The notes under the pieces: model-generated
Seen by the model: the letters and a program-made list of their open reading frames with translations, nothing else
What the model was told of the DNA's origin: nothing
Databases searched by the model: none
Made by a program: the position numbers and the translations under genes
Source: Octopus sinensis
Lineage: Eukaryota
Length of the DNA: 64,000 bases
Assembly (NCBI RefSeq): GCF_006345805.1
Contig: NC_043000.1
Location: 146,692,001 to 146,756,000, forward strand
Reading direction: 5' to 3'
Part shown: positions 55,302 through 64,000 of the stretch, piece by piece
Layout of the letters: each line of letters starts with the position of its first letter
How positions within the stretch are numbered: position 1 is the first letter of the stretch

Positions 55302-57340
55302 ATTATATATATAGCAAGGAATAGAATACATGCACACACAAAGACACACATGCGCACATACACAGACACACACACACACACACACATGCGTGTGTGCTTG
55401 TGTGTACGTGTTTACATGTAATGTACAGTCCATGTGATTTCCACGTATGAGCAACCAGTTATTCACTCAAGTGAAAGACATACTTATTAAATTTAGAGAG
55501 CGAAACGATAGGGTAACTGATAGAACCACCATGTGGCGAGGCTTGTAATTTATTCGAACAAATTGATCGCCGTACTTAATTTTTAAATGTCTGGTATTTA
55601 TTAAGTCAGCTTCTTTTGCCGAATCGTTTAATTATGTGGACATAGAAAAATCGTCACCTGTTGTTAAACTGAGGTGGAGGACATAACCCCCACACACACA
55701 CACACATAGACACATACACCACACATACATATATATATATAGCATATTTTCGTATTGTTCAATATAAGCTCAATAATTTTTCGCTCCAGCTTAAAGACAA
55801 TGTTCAAGAAAGTCATTAAGAATGTATTTCTAGGGTTTTTCTTAAATACTTGTTTCATCTCAATCCAAGCCCCAAGTTTATTTTCCTTACTTTTGTTTCA
55901 CTTGTTCTAACTACTGCTGTCAAAAATGTGTAAGTCCTATGTATCTAGAAAATTATCCTATATCCATTGTTTCCTATGCTTCACTGGCGAGATACAAGAA
56001 TACTGGAATATTACTTATTGTCGCCATCCCAGAGAACCACTATCAAATTTCCCCTTGAGCATAAAAATATTTTCATTTTAAGATTATAATTTTAGTTTTT
56101 CTTCCAATTATATTCTCTCTCTTTTGAGAGGTACACCGCCATTTATTTGTTTCCGTTTCTCAACGATAATATTTCAATTCATTAAGCTTTACTGCATACT
56201 TCATATACTACATCTTTATTGTAATAGAACTTTTTTCGTAGAATTATTAAATTTAAAAGAAATGACGATACGAACATGGTGGAAGTAATCTTGGAATATC
56301 ATGTAAAATGTCGAAATCTCATTAAAAGATTGTCGTTTTCAATAGTATGAAAATGTTACAGGCATGGCTGATTATAAATTGCAGTGTTCAACGGAGTATT
56401 AATGAAAAGAATTGCAAAGCTATATTTGTAATTTGTAATAATCTGTCTTTCTGTTTGGTTTAGAGACTTTTTCACTCATCGTGGAATATTGAAGGCAATT
56501 TTTTTAAATGAAATTTTTCCGTTTTAAACATGATATCGTTTCTCAATAGTCCTTTGGCAAACGTTGAAAGATACCTTACAAGTAGGTACCAACTCTGAAT
56601 CTGAAACTGTATGGAGTTCCAAACTTATAAAGCTACTTTATAATGCTTAGATATCATAGTAGAATTTACGCAAGGATAGTTAAAACTACACTATAAATAC
56701 AAGGCTGTACACGAAAACTACTCTAAAATCATAACATGAACATTCGCAATATCTCTCGTGTTGGAAGAGATCTTTTAGGTTATTTTTACGAAAATAAGCA
56801 GCATTGTCCAGTGAATCCATTCAACCTTGTTTGGAACTGAGAGGAATAGAATATTCAGGTTGAAAAAATACCATAGAAAAAAAAAACAAATCCCTGGCAA
56901 CCGGTTCACCACAAGAGAAAAATGATGAAAAAAATCCTCTCAGTAATTAAATAGTAGAAAGATTTATTCGAATTCGTTATTTGGATTCAAAATTTATCTG
57001 TTTATACTGAAGGATTACTGCTCGACTCAGATCGAATCAACATCATTCATAAAATAAAGAATTCAAAGAAACTCTATCTCAAAAGTTGGACATGGATTCA
57101 ATCTTCACGAAGAAACTTTCGATTATAAGATGCCTTAGAAAACCACGCGAAGCATTTAAAATTTTTTAACTGAGGAACTTCTCAAGCATTTTTTTTCTTT
57201 TTCTTCTTGCATTATTGGGATGAAAGTTTTTTTCTTTTTCTGTATTCGAATATAGGTACTCAGATACTGCAATTTCAACTACCAATTGTGAGAGAACCCT
57301 TAGTATATTCAGACTGACCCTAATAAACTTGGGAGCGTCT

Positions 57341-57460
57341 AAAGCGGTGAGCTGGGAGAATCGTTAGCATGAGGGGCAAAACGCTTAGCGGCTTTTCGTC
57401 CTTCTGTACGTTCTAAGTTCAAATTCCACCGAGGTCCAGTTTGCCTCTCATCCTTCATGC
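57341..57460 (+). mobile_element. SINE family B, 3'-truncated
   Basis: AAAGCGGTGAGCTGGGAGAATCGTTAGCA head. Confidence 0.8.
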
Positions 57461-58119
57461 ATCTATAGACGTTTAGCTTTCCTCTATCATCAGTCACACT
57501 GACAAACGTCCATATATACACACATATATAAACTCATATTTTGTATCTTTTCTCAACCTGCGTATTTGACAAAAGCAAATTGACAAAAATGTTCATATCT
57601 TTTCCATTTCTGGCTAAGAATTTATTCCACGAAATATTGCGAGTTTGAAATAAGATATTCGGGTATTTATACAAAATTCGGAATGAATATCAGATACAAC
57701 TCCAAATGTGTTCAGTTTACTCAAATTAGGTGTAGAAGTGATGATGGTGTTAAGAGAGATTGCTGCGAATATCGCAACGCCACTTTTTTCATTTTGACGG
57801 ATATTTTCAAGTAGTTTTTGTCTTTCTTACAATCATGAACAAAGAGAAGGTAGTTGATGTTTACTTATAAACTCCATGAGTGTGTATATTTATTTATAAT
57901 TCTATATTTGTACTGCCTTAAACAAATTTGTCATTGAGCTGTATTATATAGATAGCTTGAGAAAATATTAGAAGTTTATTTTAATAGCCTTTACTTCTCC
58001 TGCTGTAAACTATAATAAAATAACTCAGACACTACCAGTACCACCACCACCAGTACCACCACCACCACCAGTACCACCACCTCCTTCTCGTCCTCTTCCA
58101 TGTCATCATATAGCCATTG

Positions 58120-58720
58120 AGAAACTATTAACAAATATTTTTTGTTTTGTTTTTGGTTTTTTCTTATATATATTCCGTTCAGTAGAAAAGCACTTTGTAT
58201 CATCCTTTGGGGCAGGGAACAACCTAATTTTACATCTTTACAATGAATAAGTAACATTCTTTTTTTCATTGATTCCTCTAACATTGCATCCAACCTTATT
58301 ACATCTGAAAGCTTTTGATGGATTTCTATTTTCTATGGCTTCCAAGTCTTCCACTTGTGCACTTCGTTAATACACGTACCTATAAACTCTTCTCTTTTAA
58401 AAGACACATGCGGATACACAACCATGCAACATGAAACTACTTTTGTTTATTCAGCAACATTTCTTCTGACTCTACGTTCGATTTCAAGGTCAACTTTGCT
58501 TTTCAATCCTATCGTAGTTGATAAAATAAGTATGAGTTGGACGTTGAGGTCGTTGTAATCGAGTGTGACTGTAGCAGAAAGGAGAAGAAGAAGAAGAAGA
58601 AGAAGAAGAAGAAGAAAGAAGAAGAAGAAGGAGAAGAAGAAGAAGAAGAAAGAAGAAGAAGAAGAAGAAGAAAAAGAAGAAGAAGAAGAGGTAGTAGTAG
58701 TAGTAGTAGTAGTAGTAGTA

Positions 58721-58763
<43 letters not shown>

Positions 58764-59090
58764 TGCTTGGTGATCAAGTGTCTTCGACTTAAACTTGAAG
58801 GGAAGTCTGTTAGCAAAGTTGTGTAGACTGAGATTTAACAGAATGCCGTCGAATGGACCAGAGCTTCTCCAGCTTGATCTCACCCCCTGTCCCATTGTAT
58901 CTTCAACAAACATTCCGGCCGGATCTTCAGCCTCCCACCAGTTTCTTTCATACATGCTATAGTTTCTCACCAGACTAAACATTGATCAAAACCATTCTTG
59001 TACATCAATCTATTAAACACGAGCACTTCTCGTCTATTTTAGCTACTACAAGATGTGCCATAAGAATATCTGCTTAAGAGCAATATAATC
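58120..59090 (-). mobile_element. Decayed RTE LINE RT/C-terminal region interrupted by a microsatellite (58570-58765)
   Basis: HNFANRLPFKFKSKTLDHQ before the repeat; LSTTIGLKSKVDLEIERRV after it (cf. YLGSxIxxxxxxDxEIxxRI). Confidence 0.65.
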
Positions 59091-59134
59091 ACGAAGAAAG
59101 AAGGTACTCAGTTTAATAATGGTTTCAAATTTTA

Positions 59135-59335
59135 ACACAAGGCCAGAAATTTTAGGATCACGGTAAGTCGATTAGATCGATACCTAATGCTCAACTATTA
59201 TTTATTTTATAGAACAACAAAGGATGAAAGGCAAAATCAACCTCAGATGAATTTGAACTCAAAATTTAAAGACGGACGAAATGTCGCCAGCATTTTGCTC
59301 GTCTTGCTAACGATTCTGCCAGCTCGACGTCGTAC
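59135..59335 (-). mobile_element. SINE family B
   Basis: GGATGAAAGGCAAAATCAACCTC...TTCTGCCAGCTCG. Confidence 0.8.
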
Positions 59336-59344
59336 CTTGATTTA

Positions 59345-59668
59345 ATAATCTTTTTTACTAAAGATACAAAGCCTGAAATTATGGGGATAGACAAGTCGAT
59401 TACCTCGAACCTAGTGTTTCACCATAAAGACAGACGAAATGCCTATTTCTTTACTACCCACAAGGGGCTAAACACAGAGAGGACATACAAGGACAGACAA
59501 ACGGATTAGGTCGATTATATCGACCCCAGTGCGTAACTGGTACTTATTTAATCGACCCCGAAAGGATGAAAAGCAAAGTCGACCTCGGCGGAATTTGAAC
59601 TCAGAACGTAGTGGCAGACGAAATGCCGCTAGGCATTTTGCCCGTGCTGACGATTCTGTCAGCTCATT
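59345..59668 (-). mobile_element. SINE family B composite: long-tail module bounded by a 13-bp direct repeat
   Basis: CAGACGAAATGCC at 59431-59443 and 59615-59627. Confidence 0.8.
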
Positions 59669-59916
59669 GCATTGTAACTCGATTTAATAATAAAAAAGAA
59701 AAGCTTATATTTAAGACGTGTTACTCAGTAGCATTAATGGTTTAAATAAACCTACTTGGTGTCGTAACATGGTTTCGAACTTCCCTTGCTGGGACAGTAC
59801 CGAAGCGTTGATGACATTGTGCTGAAAGTCACCGATATGCACTGGATCAAAGGCAACATATATAATTATAGAGCAACAACGACAAACGTCTATATATAGG
59901 CAATACACAAAAGAAT

Positions 59917-60355
<439 letters not shown>

Positions 60356-61497
60356 ACGTTAAAGATCTCTAATCACATATTACGATAAGAAAACCTGAAA
60401 TAACAAATATAAAGGTTTTCTTTCTCCCTTCCAAAAGCATTTATTCATGACACATATCTCCATGTGTTTGAAATCGTGTTTTAATAGTTTTATCATTAAC
60501 ATAAAGAGATTATCATTAATATTCAGAGATTACGAAGTTAAGAAGGAAACAGCTTGTACAGTTTAATCTATAATGAAATGTGCGCCCGTGTGTGTATGTG
60601 TTTATGCAAAGATATGCATGGGCTATCAACTTCTCTTTTAATACCGTTATTAAACAGTATTAGAAATGATGTTTTCAAACTCACGCGCATCTACACATAC
60701 TAATGTCATTTTGAGATGTCAGGCATTCTGAGAAGAGATTATCGGGTAGTGATTGATGGTCAAACATATAACAACACGAAGATCTCTAGATTAAATAGAA
60801 AAGAAAGACAAGCGCATTGATAGTGGAAGTCAATCTCTTTAGTGTCACAGTTTTAAATTACATCCGACAAAACCTCCAATCAATACTGCAGAATCTGCAT
60901 TCCTGAAAAGTTTCATATATTGCATTGGTGTAATTTGACATATCTACATACTTGTTATTGGGGTTGCCATTCGTTTTCTTGTCGACCGTATCAATTGAGT
61001 TTGACAGTGTAAGAAAGCGCAGTGATCACACCAACTTATTCAATAGCCGAAGTAGAGGATGTAAGGTGTTTAGCGATTCTCAATGCAAATTTTGCATGAA
61101 TGGATATAGCGAAAAACAACAAAAAAAAGAGAAAAGTATAATTATCACATAATGTAAATTTCTCAACATAGCTCTTTATCGTAGCACCAGCCAACACAGC
61201 ATGGTCAGAAAGAAAAACAAAGACGTATAATAATATATTAAATAGAAGGCTATGTAATTCCGTATGTATGGAAGTTATCTTTATTTACTAAGAAGGTAAA
61301 ATAATCGCTTGGTAGCACTTAAGACACAATACTGGTAAAAAGGGGTGGATAATCTCAAGAATCAAGAATTTTACCATCAAAGAAAAAAAGAGTCTTATGG
61401 TCTTGAGGCAAGCAGACATCAATGGGTATGTGTTTCTACTCTGATAGGTGTCATCAGCAGTGTAGTTATGTTAGCTTCTCTCCGGCAGAAGGAATAC

Positions 61498-61860
61498 TTT
61501 GACATACATACATACATACATACATACATGATGGCTGCCCCCTCGTTATCGAGTATAGCCATTGCACGAAGCTTAGCTGTTATTGGTGCTGTGATCGAAT
61601 GTGACATTTTAGCCCAGCTAAAGATCTACAATGTCTTGTACAGAATTGGCAGCTAAAACCTTTACCGGTAATAGCCGGCTGTAGTTGTAACTGGGCTTCA
61701 TGTACTTTTGCATGTCCTTTAAGTCCTCCTGCCGAATTACACTTTCTTCCACATGCCTGACACATCATGGCACCGTCAATACCGGACGTGCAGGTGTAGA
61801 GGACCGTTTTAAAAAGTCCATTTTGAACGCCTTCCTCTAGAAATATGCCGACTTCTTCGG
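61498..61860 (-). mobile_element. RTE-like LINE 3' end with two C2H2-like motifs and (ATGT)n tail
   Basis: CQACGRKCNSAGGLKGHAKVH and CQFCTRHCRSLAGLKCHIRSQH, followed by an (ATGT)n tail. Confidence 0.75.
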
Positions 61861-62089
61861 CTTAAATCGATAACTGGTTTATTTCTCCAATAATCAATAA
61901 GAGAAACTCCTTTTATTCGCCATCGTAGCGCTATCCTGAACATATTTTAAAATATACAACTACAGCATGTAGAATCTCTCCTCTAACGCGATTATAGCTG
62001 AAACTAACACCAATACAGATGAAACTAACAACGTCACCACCGATGAAAACAGAACTACTTCACAAGTAAGCTCTTTAAGAAGACGTAAG

Positions 62090-62300
62090 TACTCTTCTAA
62101 TTTTACTTGGACTCAACAACTAAACCAAAATTTATTTCGGTGCTATGAAAAAGTCTCAGATGACCCTTCAATCGGAGACATGAAGTGGTTAAAACAATAC
62201 TGGGACGAAGCTCATGCAAACTTAAATACTTTCATGTCGAAACAGTTCCAACAACAAGCATCTGCCAGAAGCGGTGCAAAAAGTACTGTAAACAAACCAT
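62090..62300 (+). mobile_element. N-terminal fragment of an R4/Dong-like ORF
   Basis: NQNLFRCYEKVSDDPSIGDMKWLKQYWDEAH...KQFQQQA resembles the CY...GYMKRL..W N-terminus of this clade. Confidence 0.55.
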
Positions 62301-62665
62301 AGCCCCTTCACTTGTCTTAGTCAATGGACTGCAGCCATGCCGTAACGCTGGTTTACAGAGATGGTCGAACAAAATGTTTTCTTTTTAAAAAACAAATCTG
62401 GAATTTATTCCATCGGACTCTTTTGCTGAACTACTAAGTTACAGGAACGTAAAGCAACTAACAACATTTCTCTGGTGATGGACGACAAATATAAAGACAG
62501 GCCTACATACATACATACATACATACATACATACATAAGGGGTGTCTACACGGTTAGCATTACTAAATTCACTCACCAGTCATTGATATGCCCGGCGTTA
62601 TTCTAGACGACACTTGCGCAAGACGTCACGTGGTTGCGAAGCGAATTTTTAACCACACAGCCATG
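62300..62665 (-). mobile_element. SINE family A, degenerate
   Basis: CTTTTGCTGAACTACTAAGTTAC; ends TTTAACCACACAGCCATG. Confidence 0.7.
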
Positions 62666-62983
62666 CTGAGTATTTTGGAATAGTTATGACTGTTCTAGTT
62701 CCATGTGGTCTTCTTGAAAATAATCTCATCCACCCGTTGTAGTAGTTCCATTAAGTTTTACTGTTAAAAATTAATTAATGATTTAATTACTGATTAGCTT
62801 TTAATAAATTTATCAGCACACTACTGGCATTTTATCAATGATTTCAATGATTTCTCTTCTGGAACAGAATTTCTTTCGTCCTTGTTTATATTGTGAAATA
62901 TCGTTTGTATGTTGCTAGGCATATATACGTATGTTGTGTGCTATTGTTTTTAATTTTACGGCATTCATTTTGTTTCAACAGCA

Positions 62984-63179
62984 AACATGACTGTTCCGTA
63001 CGGAGCAACGGTTACTACTCTTTTTTAATCTCTGATTAACGACACAACCTGCGTCCGATATATTACGAGCAGAGGATCGAACCCCTACCATCACGCGGTT
63101 TGGCAGGACCAGCTGGAGGAGTTGTTCTCCTACACTTCAGAAAGAGTAGTAACATTGTTCCGTACGGAACAGCCATGTT
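62984..63179. mobile_element. MITE-like element with ~40-bp terminal inverted repeats
   Basis: AACATGACTGTTCCGTACGGAGCAACGGTTACTACTCTTT and AAAGAGTAGTAACATTGTTCCGTACGGAACAGCCATGTT; no clear TSD. Confidence 0.7.
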
Positions 63180-64000
63180 GTAGTGGCAAGAAACATCATT
63201 TTATGTTTATTTTCATTTATTTTATTTTCTTTAGAGCCAACGAAAGAAATGTGTGTGCATCGATGTGTGCACCTGTATGTGCGTCTCAGTTTGCGCTCTG
63301 TGCATTGTGTGAGTGCGTGTGTGTGTATTCTCAGGTTGCGCATTGTTCACGTAAATAGAGATTATGGGTGTTTGGGGGGCTGAGTTTTGGTACGATGTAC
63401 TTTTGTGATTTATGATGCTGCCTGAAAACGATTTTAGTATTATTCAATCCACGATTTTGCATTAGTGTGTTCATGTTGGTGATAACACATGATTTCGGTG
63501 TCACTCTTATTCCCCTGATTTTTTCTATGGAAGGATGTGTATCAGTGTGTGTATCGCGTCTGTAAATTATCAGAGAACACTGAACGCGATTATAAAAGAA
63601 AAAAAAAAGAAAAGCAGGCATCCACACATTACCAATATGACAGAGAAACGCAACGTATTAATAAACAATGTTGCAATAAAAGTTCTCCACACATCCGAAA
63701 AATCGGACATTATCAAATTGGTTATCAAACTGGGAACGGATTCTAAATCCATGTACACGCTTAACAGAAAGAATTAAACGAGCAACAACACCTCCGTATC
63801 CACATCATTGCAGTAATAAACGAACGAGTGTAAAATAAGATTAAAGTCAACTAAAATCGAGCAACACACGCGAATCACAGATTGGAATGCCGAAACGCTA
63901 TGTACAGGCAATCACGCTATGGCAATCGCACAACCATCAAAACTATATGCAGAAAAAAAATATTTTCATGTTCGCACCAACAAAAGCGATGAGGTGAATA

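Overview
AT-rich, microsatellite-saturated eukaryotic DNA, most likely Octopus or another coleoid cephalopod. That assignment is inferred from my recall of the SINE sequences and from the repeat density, not from a search. I could not identify a host protein-coding gene. Most ORF-track entries are artefacts of (TA)n, (CA)n and trinucleotide repeats. The window is mostly decayed transposons. It holds at least four tRNA-derived SINE types (labelled A-D here), decayed R4/Dong-like and RTE LINEs, a young 5'-truncated CR1-type LINE with an intact RT core (33166-35355), Tc1, DD34D mariner and DD37D maT DNA transposons, non-autonomous Helitrons (one head-to-tail pair), and Penelope-like ends with hammerhead-like motifs. 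Four observations stand out. (1) The RT ORF has an apparently new in-frame N-terminus built from a microsatellite and an 8x33-bp junction minisatellite. (2) The CR1 and SINE A share a 3' stem-loop with compensatory base changes, suggesting a LINE/SINE partnership. (3) A ~1 kb Penelope-like unit is tandemly duplicated, and each copy carries a variant-core, dimer-type hammerhead motif. (4) Two Helitrons meet at a CTAG/TC junction and one carries an extra internal segment. Weaker leads are two blocks with unidentified fossil reading frames and a duplicated 26-nt micro-exon candidate.
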